Shown here: in pieces, positions 15,500 to 24,785 of the stretch | How the letters are laid out: every line of letters starts with the position of its first letter | Numbering within the stretch: position 1 is the first letter of the stretch | Assembly (NCBI RefSeq): GCF_900232105.1 | Contig: NZ_LT934425.1 | Coordinates: forward strand, 1,410,001-1,442,000 | Reading direction: 5' to 3' | DNA length: 32,000 nt | Origin: Candidatus Kuenenia stuttgartensis | Lineage (GTDB): Bacteria; Planctomycetota; Brocadiia; Brocadiales; Brocadiaceae | Translations under genes and position numbers: made by a program | The notes under the pieces: generated by a model | What the model saw: only the letters and a program-made list of their open reading frames with translations | Database searches by the model: none | What the model was told of the DNA's origin: nothing

Positions 15500-15707
15500 G
15501 CTGGCATAGCCGGAACCAAACAAGCAATAAATAAAAAATCCGAATAACAACGAATAAAATTCGAAACAAATCCAAAACATACCTATCTGCGTGCAATCAC
15601 GCGCAGGCAGGCAACAAATATTAAGCACGAAAAGCAAGATAGAAAAGATGCATTTGTTTAGAATTTCGAATCATTTTGTCATTAGAATTTGTTTCGGATT
15701 TCGCGAG
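15500..15707 (+). repeat. E-family element (E2), with a 38-bp internal hairpin-bearing insert relative to E1
   Basis: Aligned by eye to the reverse complement of 6797..6992. Confidence 0.75.
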
Positions 15708-15804
15708 TATTAACCCCTGGCAGCGTTGTTTTGCCCCAATCACACAAACGGTTACAAAAAATCGTGAATGCTCCTTTGACAAAAAGACAAAAAGTGCACG
15801 AGCT

Positions 15805-16218
15805 TTATGGCTGCAGCAATTTTCGTAATTTTTCCGGTATTGCCGCAGGTTTACGTTTTGCATTAAGGCATGCGAGCTTTGTGTATCCTTCGGCAACCAA
15901 TGTATCACCCTCTTCCCTGAATACTTTATAACTAAATTGAACCGTTGCATGTTTCAATTCGGAAACCCATGTTCGTACAATAAGTACGTCGTCATAGTAA
16001 GCAGGGGAACGGAAATTACAATGCACTTCGGCCACTGGAAAATAGATGTGTTCCTTTTCCATTTCGGAATAAGGCAGTCCGCATTGCCGCAAATATTCAG
16101 TACGCCCCATTTCAAAGAAAACAAGGAAATTCGCGTAATAAACAATCCCCATCTGGTCTGTTTCCTGGTATCGCACGCGCGTTTTTATTTCGTGTATTTT
16201 CCTTCGAAAATCGTCCAT
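15805..16218 (-). CDS. Acyl-CoA thioesterase, 4HBT/YbgC family
   Basis: 137 aa; the RVRYQETDQMGIVYYANF motif carries the catalytic Asp context. Confidence 0.8.
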   Translation of the reverse strand: MDDFRRKIHEIKTRVRYQETDQMGIVYYANFLVFFEMGRTEYLRQCGLPYSEMEKEHIYFPVAEVHCNFRSPAYYDDVLIVRTWVSELKHATVQFSYKVFREEGDTLVAEGYTKLACLNAKRKPAAIPEKLRKLLQP

Positions 16219-16240
16219 GATGTTTTATAGAACTTCAGGC

Positions 16241-16655
16241 GGGTTTAGGTTTGCAACCCAATGTCATTAAGTTAAACAAACGGCCGCAAAAGTCCCCATT
16301 AATAAAGGGGGGAAAAAGGGAGTTGTTTTTGATCAAATAATTCATAGCACCTTAGTTACTTGAAAAATCCAAGGGGATATAAAAAACAATGTAGCCCCTT
16401 TAGGGGCGGTCTGTTTGTAGCGCAATAAAATTCAACAGGTAAATAGCTCCGTAGGAGCGGCCTGTATATGATTGACAGGAAGACAGGCCGCTCCTGATTA
16501 TAGAGACAGGTTTCAAACCTGTCTCTACGATCTGTTATGGTATCCTATCTACAAACAGGTTGCTCCTACGGAGCTTATCGGCAATACGCTTTTTTTAAAA
16601 ACCAAAGTGTTACAATAATTCTTAACTTAATGACATTGGTTTGCAACCTGAACCC
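16241..16655 (+). mobile_element. MITE-like element copy A (415 bp) with ~34-bp terminal inverted repeats GGGTT(T/C)AGGTT(T)GCAA(C/A)CCAATGTCATTAAGTTAA and nested internal hairpins
   Basis: Both termini read directly; no ORF; copy B is its reverse complement. Confidence 0.75.
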
Positions 16656-16780
16656 ATAGTTTATTTGGCGAATAGCGCTCTATGTATTTAAAATGGCTAA
16701 AATCCCCCTACTGACAGTAATGCTGCAAACCCGAACCCGTCTGGAGGTACGAGGTACAAATCCCAAATCGTACCACCCTA

Positions 16781-17566
16781 CTATTTCCTGAATGCGGTAA
16801 GGTAGGAATCGCTGTAAACATTTTTGTTCATAATAATCTCTGCTGTAATTGCAGCATCCATCAGGTCATTATCAAGGACGTCCATCAGTGCGGCATTTAA
16901 CCCATATGCGATTCCCATAGTCAGGAAGGTGCGGGCAAGAAGTTTTTTTTCTTTTGTACCCTGAGAAAAATTGCTCAATCCCACGTTCCTCTGAGGCGCC
17001 GGGTCTGAGATCATTTGTATTTGGCTGAAAATATCAAACATGAGTGCTGGTTGTTTCTGGTCTACATTGATGGGAAACAATACCGGGTCAATCAGGATTT
17101 TTTCCATGGGAAAATTATGTTCAACGGCCTTCTCTACAATCTGCATTACAAATTCCATACGCTTCTCCACGTCCTGCGGAATGCCGTGTTTATCCATGGT
17201 AAGGCATATTAAAGAGGCGTTATAGTCCTTTGCTATGCCCATGTATTTATCCAGTTCTTCCGGATCGCTCTTTGTTGAATTGATTAATACATCATTTTTT
17301 ACTACCGACAAACCGGCTTCCACTATGTCCCACTTTTGACTGTCAATGGCAATAGGAGTTTTTACGGTATCCTGAATAACCTCAATCAGCCATTTCATGG
17401 CGTCTACCGGGTCAGTTGCAGCAGGCCCCACATTCACATCCAGATACGTGGCACCTGCTTCCGTCTGCTTTTTTGCCAGTTCCTGTATCGCTTTCGGATC
17501 TTTATTTTTAATACTCTCCCTCACGTCTTTAAACATACCATTAATACGTTCGCCGATAGAAATCAT
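16781..17566 (-). CDS. acsE: Methyltetrahydrofolate:corrinoid/iron-sulfur protein methyltransferase AcsE
   Basis: Pterin-binding-domain protein; start at MISIGERING (ATG at 17566); last gene of the acs cluster. Confidence 0.9.
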   Translation of the reverse strand: MISIGERINGMFKDVRESIKNKDPKAIQELAKKQTEAGATYLDVNVGPAATDPVDAMKWLIEVIQDTVKTPIAIDSQKWDIVEAGLSVVKNDVLINSTKSDPEELDKYMGIAKDYNASLICLTMDKHGIPQDVEKRMEFVMQIVEKAVEHNFPMEKILIDPVLFPINVDQKQPALMFDIFSQIQMISDPAPQRNVGLSNFSQGTKEKKLLARTFLTMGIAYGLNAALMDVLDNDLMDAAITAEIIMNKNVYSDSYLTAFRK

Positions 17567-17597
17567 CGAATGTTTTCCCCTTTTTAAAATCGTAATT

Positions 17598-18554
17598 TTA
17601 GTATAAACGGTCAATACATTTTTTCACTGCGGCTACGGCCTTCGGGTGATTCATGCGGATAATATCAACCCCGGACTGCAAAAGGCTTGTTGCGGTAATC
17701 GTTTCCCACATGGGGCCTCTTTCCTCACGTGGCCCCCATTGAGGAGCATCTTTATCGTCGGATTTTGCTTCTTTTGCCCGCCATGCTTCATGGCCAACGT
17801 CACAAATTACCGGCATTGCCATTAATTTATCTCCGGTTAAGGCGGCGATTCTTTCACGCTCTTGTATAGAATACGTGTATTCCATACCGTATCCCAATGC
17901 GCCCGTTGTCTGGAACATGACGATGCGCTTGAGTGGAAAATCCATTTCAGAGACAAGGATGTTTACCTGTTTCGCAATATTAATATCTACCGGCGAGAGT
18001 GTTATAATGCTATGCCCGTCCGCAAGACAGGTAACGGTAAGCGTTTTGTAATTATCCTGAGTTACTACCCCTATCAGGCAATTTTCTCCTTTTAATGCCT
18101 GGCTCACCTTTGGCAAAATCTCATTATCTTTTTCATCATGTTCGCAACCCCAGATGATTAAGGGAACTCCGACGGCGGCAAGGATAGACTTTGCGACGTC
18201 CACGGTTTCTGCCGCAGATTTGTTTCCTTTATCCGGATGGATGCCTTCCAGTTTCAAACAGATTAAGTCCGCTCCATACTCTACGCACTTTTTTGCCCAT
18301 TGTGCGGGGTTGTCCAGGACGTCCGCAAAAGGTTTTTTTAACGTTTCAGGCCAGTCGTCGGGCGATATATCGTAAACATCCATTGCAATTACCGGTTTGT
18401 GTCCCTTGCTGCCGTCAAAATCCATAAAAGGAATGCATTTTGAGCCGCCGATAGTAACCGTTTTTTCTCTTGTTCCCCCCTCTTCTTTTGTTGCTCCGAT
18501 GGTAATTTCGTTTACGCTACTTGTCCATTTTTCAGCTACATTTGGTATTTCCAT
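17598..18554 (-). CDS. acsD: Corrinoid iron-sulfur protein small subunit AcsD (CdhD-like)
   Basis: 318 aa; TIM-barrel CFeSP delta-type sequence; synteny. Confidence 0.9.
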   Translation of the reverse strand: MEIPNVAEKWTSSVNEITIGATKEEGGTREKTVTIGGSKCIPFMDFDGSKGHKPVIAMDVYDISPDDWPETLKKPFADVLDNPAQWAKKCVEYGADLICLKLEGIHPDKGNKSAAETVDVAKSILAAVGVPLIIWGCEHDEKDNEILPKVSQALKGENCLIGVVTQDNYKTLTVTCLADGHSIITLSPVDINIAKQVNILVSEMDFPLKRIVMFQTTGALGYGMEYTYSIQERERIAALTGDKLMAMPVICDVGHEAWRAKEAKSDDKDAPQWGPREERGPMWETITATSLLQSGVDIIRMNHPKAVAAVKKCIDRLY

Positions 18555-18616
18555 GAATCGTTCTCCTACTTATCCAGGTCTAACGTACCTTGTAAATCTA
18601 AATTATGTTCTCACGA

Positions 18617-18704
18617 GTAGGGTGGATTAAGCAACAGCGAATCCACCTTTTTCGTTATTATTGGTGGATTCGTCGCGAAAAGGCCGCGCCTTAATCCACC
18701 CTAC
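18617..18704. repeat. Nested palindrome GTAGGGTGGATTAAG...GCGAATCCACC...GGTGGATTCG...CTTAATCCACCCTAC, followed by AAATGATAA
   Basis: Outer 15-bp and inner 10-bp inverted repeats read directly; lies between acsF and acsD. Confidence 0.85.
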
Positions 18705-18739
18705 AAATGATAAAATCATATTTTGCCGGCAGCGCCTTT

Positions 18740-19510
18740 TTAAAGCACGGTTGCGGGCAAATGTTGCCGTAAAAAATCTCCCAATTTCCGATAAAATTTA
18801 CTCTCCCGTGAGATTTCAAAGACGGAGACTCCACAAGCCGCAGAATTGTATATTTCCTGATCGAATGGGAATATGGCAGAAACTTTAATCCCCAGGCTAT
18901 CCAGTTTCTGCTGCATATTTTCATGAATACCCTCTTCAGGCACGCGGTTTAACACGCAAAATTTTTCCTTAATCGTTATTGGTAGGGATTCTGCCAGTTT
19001 AATGATACGCTGCATGGTCAAGGCACCTACAATAGTAGGTTCGCCGACGATCATCAGAAAATCAATATTATTTGTTGTCCTGCGTGAAAGATGTTCCATC
19101 CCCGCCTCGTTGTCCAGCACAACAAAAGGATAGGTAGTTCCTACTTTATCAAGATATTTTCGCAGGAGATTGTTAACATAACAATAGCATTTTGGCCCCT
19201 CGGGCCTGCCCATGGTCAAAAGGTCAAATTTGTCTCTTTCGACAATCGATTCCTCGATACAATATTCTATGTATCTGTCCTTCGACATGCCCGCAGGAAA
19301 CTCCGCTTTTTTTTCAATAATATCTTCCCGTATGTCCGCAACAGTGCTGTCGATGTGCAGACCAAGCAATGGTCCCAGGGAAGAGTTAGGGTCCGCGTCA
19401 ATTGCTGAAACGGTCTTTTTTAATTCTTCGGTGATGTATCGTATGATAAGCGCGGAGATAGTAGACTTCCCCGTACCACCTTTTCCTGCAACTGCAATGT
19501 TATATGCCAT
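18740..19510 (-). CDS. acsF: CooC-type P-loop Ni-insertion ATPase (AcsF position)
   Basis: 256 aa; AVAGKGGTGKST Walker A; MinD/CooC-like; synteny. Confidence 0.85.
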   Translation of the reverse strand: MAYNIAVAGKGGTGKSTISALIIRYITEELKKTVSAIDADPNSSLGPLLGLHIDSTVADIREDIIEKKAEFPAGMSKDRYIEYCIEESIVERDKFDLLTMGRPEGPKCYCYVNNLLRKYLDKVGTTYPFVVLDNEAGMEHLSRRTTNNIDFLMIVGEPTIVGALTMQRIIKLAESLPITIKEKFCVLNRVPEEGIHENMQQKLDSLGIKVSAIFPFDQEIYNSAACGVSVFEISRESKFYRKLGDFLRQHLPATVL

Positions 19511-19524
19511 GATATGGATCTCCT

Positions 19525-21459
19525 TTATTTTTTACTCACCATTAATTCTTCTGCCACGGAGGGGAATTTTTCAATATTCGTGTGAGGAAGAAAGTTTGCC
19601 GATACATATTCTTCCATGTATTTATTGTTGCTCATCAGATCAATATAGGTCATTTTCGTACCGATTTCTTTTGCAACTTCGTGGGCCTCCGCGGAGAATA
19701 AGGTCATTTTCGCACCGATTATTGAAGTGTTACCGACAAAATGTACTTTTGCGATCTCAATATCAGGGAGCATGCCAATGGTAACGGCACTTTTCGCATC
19801 CAGATAGCTTCCGAACCCGCCGGCGAGGTACACCTGTTCGATACTTTCCACGTCCATTCCCATAGATTCCAGTAAGGTGGAAATCGCGGAATAAATAGCC
19901 GCTTTGGACCGGATAAGGTTCTGTATATCCGCCTGCGTAATAATGATGTCTTTCTTTTTTGCCGTTTCTTTCCTGTCTACAAGGAGAAATTCCTGTCCGT
20001 TATCCGTAGACCGTAATCTTTCCGTTTTTATCCCTTTTTGAAAATTCCCCGTCCGGTCAATGACGCCGCTTCTTACCAGATTTGCCAGGCATTCCAATAA
20101 CCCGGAGCCGCAAATTCCGGAGGGAGGGGCGTCACCGATTGTTTTGTACATTACGTCAAAGTCCGGTGTAATGGTTATTTTTTCAATGGCGCCTTTTGCT
20201 GCACGCATACCACAGGAAATTCCGCTGCCTTCAAAAGACGGGCCGGCGGACGCGGAACAGCATACAAGCCAGTCCTTGTTTCCCAGCACAATTTCACCAT
20301 TAGTGCCGATATCTATCAGCAGTGATAATGCCTCCGCCTTATCCAATCTTATGGATAAAACGCCGGCAGATATGTCTCCGCCGACATAAGCCCCAACGCA
20401 GGGCAGCGTGTAAAGCAGGCCATGACTGTTAATCCTGACGTCGATTTCACTTGCCCTTATTGGCGCAATAATATTGACAACAGGAAGATACGGTTCCTTT
20501 CTTATATTAGTCGGGTCAAGGCCCATGAGAAAATGAGTCATTACCGTATTGCCTGCGCAAACGACGGCATTGACATTGTGGATATTCAGGGTATTCCTTT
20601 TCACCAGCGTGGATATGAGGTGGTTAACATCCTCTGTCAGCATTTCGTGCATCATTTCCATCGCATTATTTTGGGCAGCATACATAATTCTCTGGATGTA
20701 ATCGTCACCGTACTTGATCTGTGAATTATAGGTGGCTTCGGCGTCAATGGTTTCCGTTGTGGACAAATTAATCAGATGTGCTACTACTGTTGTTGTTCCA
20801 ATGTCAACAGCTATCCCATAATTGTTTGCGCTTACGTCACCCGGCTGCACCTCGATTATTTCAAATAATGGGCATCTGTTTGCCAGGGTTACTGTTATCT
20901 TCCAGTCGCTGCTTCTTAGCAGCGCCGGCAATTGCTTTAAAACAGCGAGGTGTATGGATAATTTTTCCGCAGAAATAGTTGTTTCCGAGGAAATGCCCTG
21001 GCAGAGCCTTTCATAATCCGCCATGTTGTCGTCCATGGTTGGACGCGGCAATTCAAGATATATCTTATTTATCAACGGGGCATGTTTAAACTGTTCTACT
21101 CCCGGATTAATGGCCGCCTGAGAACCGGAAAACAGCATATTATCCCCTACCAGTATCCGGCTCTTGTCCAGCCGTGACTCTTCGGGAATAAATACTTCAA
21201 GGTTATCATCTATTAATGTTTTGCATGCAAGCACATATCCTTTTTCTGCTTCTTCTACAGAAATATGGGAGGAAGGCCGCCTTTGTGTTTTCCCGGACTG
21301 AAGAATTACCTTACATTTGCCGCAGGTGCCATCCCCTCCGCACAAGGCATTAATAAAGAGATCGCCTTTGTATGAGGCATCAAGCACCGTCTTTCCCGGT
21401 TCTATTTCAACAGTTATATCATTAGGGAGAAAATGTATTGTATAGTGTGAATCTTCCAT
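19525..21459 (-). CDS. Reductive activator of the corrinoid Fe-S protein (RACo / orf7-type): N-terminal 2Fe-2S ferredoxin plus an ASKHA ATPase domain
   Basis: CGGDGTCGKC ferredoxin motif; ATG start at MEDSHYTIHF (the ORF track extends to a TTG at 21486). Confidence 0.85.
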   Translation of the reverse strand: MEDSHYTIHFLPNDITVEIEPGKTVLDASYKGDLFINALCGGDGTCGKCKVILQSGKTQRRPSSHISVEEAEKGYVLACKTLIDDNLEVFIPEESRLDKSRILVGDNMLFSGSQAAINPGVEQFKHAPLINKIYLELPRPTMDDNMADYERLCQGISSETTISAEKLSIHLAVLKQLPALLRSSDWKITVTLANRCPLFEIIEVQPGDVSANNYGIAVDIGTTTVVAHLINLSTTETIDAEATYNSQIKYGDDYIQRIMYAAQNNAMEMMHEMLTEDVNHLISTLVKRNTLNIHNVNAVVCAGNTVMTHFLMGLDPTNIRKEPYLPVVNIIAPIRASEIDVRINSHGLLYTLPCVGAYVGGDISAGVLSIRLDKAEALSLLIDIGTNGEIVLGNKDWLVCCSASAGPSFEGSGISCGMRAAKGAIEKITITPDFDVMYKTIGDAPPSGICGSGLLECLANLVRSGVIDRTGNFQKGIKTERLRSTDNGQEFLLVDRKETAKKKDIIITQADIQNLIRSKAAIYSAISTLLESMGMDVESIEQVYLAGGFGSYLDAKSAVTIGMLPDIEIAKVHFVGNTSIIGAKMTLFSAEAHEVAKEIGTKMTYIDLMSNNKYMEEYVSANFLPHTNIEKFPSVAEELMVSKK

Positions 21460-21555
21460 GCTATTTCCACGGCTTTTTATAGCCAAAAGTATATGATTTT
21501 CTAAAAAATTTAGTACGGTATATTGATACTGAACATCTTGGATGAACGATTTACG

Positions 21556-21698
21556 ATTTTAGATTTTTTTGATCTGTGTAATCGTTCGACTGAGCTCACG
21601 ACGAAGTCAGTGAAATATGTGGTTTCCTTTTTTTATTAATTTATGATTTACAATTTGGAATTTTAAAGCGTAAATCGAACCTCGAACCTCTAATTATG
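21556..21698 (+). repeat. F-family repeat (F2)
   Basis: Homologous to 9945..10078. Confidence 0.8.
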
Positions 21699-23030
21699 CC
21701 ACTCGGTCTTCAGGTAAGAGGGTATTCCTGAGGCTTCTCTAGGTCCTACAAGTATTTCCCACCCAAGGGTTTCCTGCAATTTTCCAGACATTGCAGCAAC
21801 AAGCCCGGGAATAATCAACTTCTTGTGTTTCACCTTAGAGGCCACCTGTGCAGCCTCCATGGCCTTTGCTACCGTTTTATCATTTAACTTGTCGCCCGAA
21901 TAAGCGGTCAGCACCGAAGTGCCTCCCGTATCAACGGACAGTATGTATGCGGGAACACGACTCGCCTCAACCTCTCCTAATACGGTATAATAAGTAAGAG
22001 AGAAATTGGTAGTGAAGATAACCGGTGAATCTTCTTTCACATCGCCTATACCATACAGCTTTGGTTCGACCTGTATTGGCTTTTGCGGGTCGGTATATAA
22101 ATTTGTTCTGACGGTAAGCAACGGCATAATGCCCCATGGTTCACAATGATCCACCACCACAATGCCAGCGTATTTCGCCACATATGTTGCGGCTAACGAA
22201 ATTTCCATGAACGGGTCTTCTTCTGAAACAAGCGTAATGGCGGGGTATCCGATGGCACGAAAGTTTTTCTTAAGGGCTGCGCGTCTTATTTTTGTTAATT
22301 TTTGCAATACATCCCTGGGATTATCACCGCTCACATCAAGGACAATCTCTTCCACGCCTGCTTTTTTTGCGCATTCGGCAAGGTCTGCAAGCTCTTCAAG
22401 AGTAGGGGCGGTCACCGTCATCGGGCATTTATTTTCTACCGCTAATGCCGCCATCGATGCACAATTTTGCGCATTTGCTCCATGCAGCAAGGGTCTTTTC
22501 TCCGCGCAATTTGCGAGTGCAGATTTCATATTATCTACGGAGGTGCTGCTTAATATAATACAATGGTGGGAACCTTCGCTTATTTTTTTTGCCGCATCGG
22601 CAAATTTTTCCGGCGTATTGCTTTTATTAATGAGTGTTATCAGATCAATTTCGATCTCAGTGCCAACCCTTGAAACCTTCATATTGTTAATTTTTTTCAG
22701 GCGTTCGTCGAATGCTTCATTGCTCAAATCGTCACAAATAGTAATCCCTATGCCGGTGGGATGATAAAATTTTTCATCATGCCGGAATAGGACGTTTTCT
22801 TCGCCTACCTGCACCTTTTTGCCGTTTGCTCCAATGGTTACCAGTTTTATCGGGGGAGCCGAAGCGGCGCCTAACGTATTTTTAGCCTCTTCACTTACGT
22901 CAGGGCAATCCGAGAGATTTGCCTTCTTTTGCGCCAGTTGCATGGCAAAGGCAAGGCACGTAGGCCTCCCACATTTTTTGCAATTTGTTTTTGGAAGCAG
23001 CTTATAAATATCCAGTCCGGTTAAAGCCAT
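21690..23030 (-). CDS. acsC: Corrinoid iron-sulfur protein large subunit AcsC (CdhE-like)
   Basis: 446 aa; N-terminal CKKCGRPTCLAF 4Fe-4S motif. Confidence 0.9.
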   Translation of the reverse strand: MALTGLDIYKLLPKTNCKKCGRPTCLAFAMQLAQKKANLSDCPDVSEEAKNTLGAASAPPIKLVTIGANGKKVQVGEENVLFRHDEKFYHPTGIGITICDDLSNEAFDERLKKINNMKVSRVGTEIEIDLITLINKSNTPEKFADAAKKISEGSHHCIILSSTSVDNMKSALANCAEKRPLLHGANAQNCASMAALAVENKCPMTVTAPTLEELADLAECAKKAGVEEIVLDVSGDNPRDVLQKLTKIRRAALKKNFRAIGYPAITLVSEEDPFMEISLAATYVAKYAGIVVVDHCEPWGIMPLLTVRTNLYTDPQKPIQVEPKLYGIGDVKEDSPVIFTTNFSLTYYTVLGEVEASRVPAYILSVDTGGTSVLTAYSGDKLNDKTVAKAMEAAQVASKVKHKKLIIPGLVAAMSGKLQETLGWEILVGPREASGIPSYLKTEWHN

Positions 23031-23165
23031 TCGTCAACATCCTTTCGATAAAGAAGTTAGCAATTTTTTTTATATAAAAAAAATACCCCTTTGCCATTAT
23101 GTAATATATAAGGAAAAGGGGTAAATATTCTATACATGATTATTTAAAATATCAAGTAATTATCC

Positions 23166-23256
23166 GTAACTATTCAGCGTAATCTATTAAACTACCGAAG
23201 CACAACTCGTTCTCAAACCTTGTACTGAACATAGTGAAGTATCTGTTTGGGAACGT
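23166..23256. repeat. D-family half element: GTAACTATTCAGCGTAA tail plus one 46-bp arm (23209..23254)
   Basis: Matches 13919..13964 and the tail at 14152..14170. The partner tail TTACGCTGAATAGTTAC is at 23694..23710, on the other side of MITE B. Confidence 0.7.
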
Positions 23257-23280
23257 AATGGCGATGGAAACTACATTCGC

Positions 23281-23674
23281 GGGTTCAGGTTACAAACCAA
23301 TGTCATTAAGTTAAGAATTATTGTAACACTTTGGTTTAAAAAAAAAACGTATTACCGATAAGCTCCGTAGGAGCAACCTGTTTATAGTAGATAGGATACC
23401 ATAACAGATATTAGTTCCGTCAGGAGCGGCCTGTCTTCCTGTCAATCATATACAGGCCGCTCCTACGGAGCTATTTACCTGTTGAATTTTATTGCGCTAC
23501 AAACAGACCGCCCCTAAAGGGGCTACATTGTTTTTTATATCCCCTTGGATTTTTCAAATAACTAAGGTATTAAGAATTATTTTATTAAAAACAACCCCCT
23601 TTTCCCCCTTTATTAAGGGGAACTTTTCTGGCAGGTTGCTTAACTTAATGACATTGGGTTACAAACCTGAACCC
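23281..23674 (-). mobile_element. MITE-like element copy B (394 bp), inverted relative to copy A and apparently inserted inside a D-family element
   Basis: Aligned by eye to the reverse complement of copy A; lacks the 16501..16527 hairpin. Confidence 0.75.
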
Positions 23675-23757
23675 GCCGGGAGTCGTGTAATGTTTACGCT
23701 GAATAGTTACAATTATCCTGCCTAAACAGACATAGCCGAAACGAAACAACTTCCAGA

Positions 23758-23817
23758 CTGCACCCCCCGCCAGCGGGGAACATTCTCCTCCCTTCTGGAG
23801 GAGGTAAGGTAGAGGAT
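23758..23817 (+). repeat. H-family repeat, 57 bp downstream of the clpP stop
   Basis: Homologous to 12247..12303. Confidence 0.7.
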
Positions 23818-23874
23818 TCGTACAAATATTTTGCCAAAAGATGCCATGAAATTACTGATTAAGGCACTCTATCT

Positions 23875-24501
23875 TTATACTTTTAAGTCATCGCTGGAGG
23901 ATATAATTTTATTGACCAAACCATACTGACAAGCTTCTTCGGCAGACATCCAAAAATTCCTCTTTGTGTCTGTCTCTACTTTCCCTATCGGTTGACCGGT
24001 TTCTACGGAAATCATACGATTCATTTTTTCCCTGCATTTCAGTATTTCGGTTGCCTCGATTTGAAGATCCGATGCAGTTCCATGAATACCGGTGGAAGGT
24101 TGATGGATAAGTATGCGCGAACTTGGCAAACTATACCGATCCTCTTTTTTTGCTCCTAAAAGAATAATGACCGCCGCACTGGCAACTACCCCCGAGCAAA
24201 TAGCCTTAATTTTCGGTTTAACAAAACGCAGCATGTCGTACATCGCAAAACCCGCGTCGGCATCTCCGCCCGGAGAATTAATGAATACCCTGATATCTTC
24301 GTCATTATCCGCCTCGAGGAGTAATAGTTGCGTTATGACCCTCTCTGCCATTTTTTTATTTACTTCATCCGTAACAATAATCGTGCGTGTCTTAAGCAAT
24401 CTTGCAATTAAATCTCCACCGCCACGTTTTTTTTCTTCTTTCTCTTCTTTCTCCTCTTCGCTATCACCCCTGGTGTTTAAAAATGGCATTTCAAAAATCA
24501 T
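23875..24501 (-). CDS. clpP: ClpP-family protease subunit, atypical: Ser and His conserved, Asn at the Asp position, charged insertion near the N-terminus
   Basis: INSPGG, VASAA (Ser), LIHQP (His); TDTKRNFWMSAEEA aligns to ERDTERDRFLSAPEA of E. coli ClpP; GGAG Shine-Dalgarno before the ATG at 24501. Confidence 0.85.
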   Translation of the reverse strand: MIFEMPFLNTRGDSEEEKEEKEEKKRGGGDLIARLLKTRTIIVTDEVNKKMAERVITQLLLLEADNDEDIRVFINSPGGDADAGFAMYDMLRFVKPKIKAICSGVVASAAVIILLGAKKEDRYSLPSSRILIHQPSTGIHGTASDLQIEATEILKCREKMNRMISVETGQPIGKVETDTKRNFWMSAEEACQYGLVNKIISSSDDLKV

Positions 24502-24586
24502 ACATTCACTCCACGATAAAATCCTGTAAAAAATAATTTAATTCCACTCTCTGTTGAATAATAAAATTGCTGTAAACTACATTCGC

Positions 24587-24681
24587 GGGTTCAGGCTTTA
24601 GGCGGTTTTTTTAATAAAACAGCGAGCCGCAGTGCATAGCCCCATTATTCAAATAAACGCATGGGTTGCAAACCTGAATCC
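24587..24681. mobile_element. MITE-like element copy C, a 95-bp internally deleted derivative that keeps both termini
   Basis: Left end plus the 13-bp flank AAACTACATTCGC are identical to copy B; right end GGGTTGCAAACCTGAATCC. Confidence 0.6.
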
Positions 24682-24743
24682 ACCTGGATATGCTTTAATA
24701 GGCTGGGTTTTAAAAAGACAAAGCCCAACGGCATTCATTTTCA

Positions 24744-24785
24744 CCCATCCCTAACCCTTCCCTGGAGGGGAATCAGACATGTCCC
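24744..24785 (-). repeat. H-family repeat, inverted copy upstream of clpP
   Basis: The reverse complement aligns to the GGGACAT..CCCCT..GGA..TTAGGG core of 12247..12303. Confidence 0.55.

Noticed and set aside
15365-15950. ORFs 15365..15637 and 15621..15950 (minus) and 15689..15931 (plus)
   Set aside because: They lie on the E2 repeat or overlap the 3' end of the thioesterase gene, and they have no recognisable domains.
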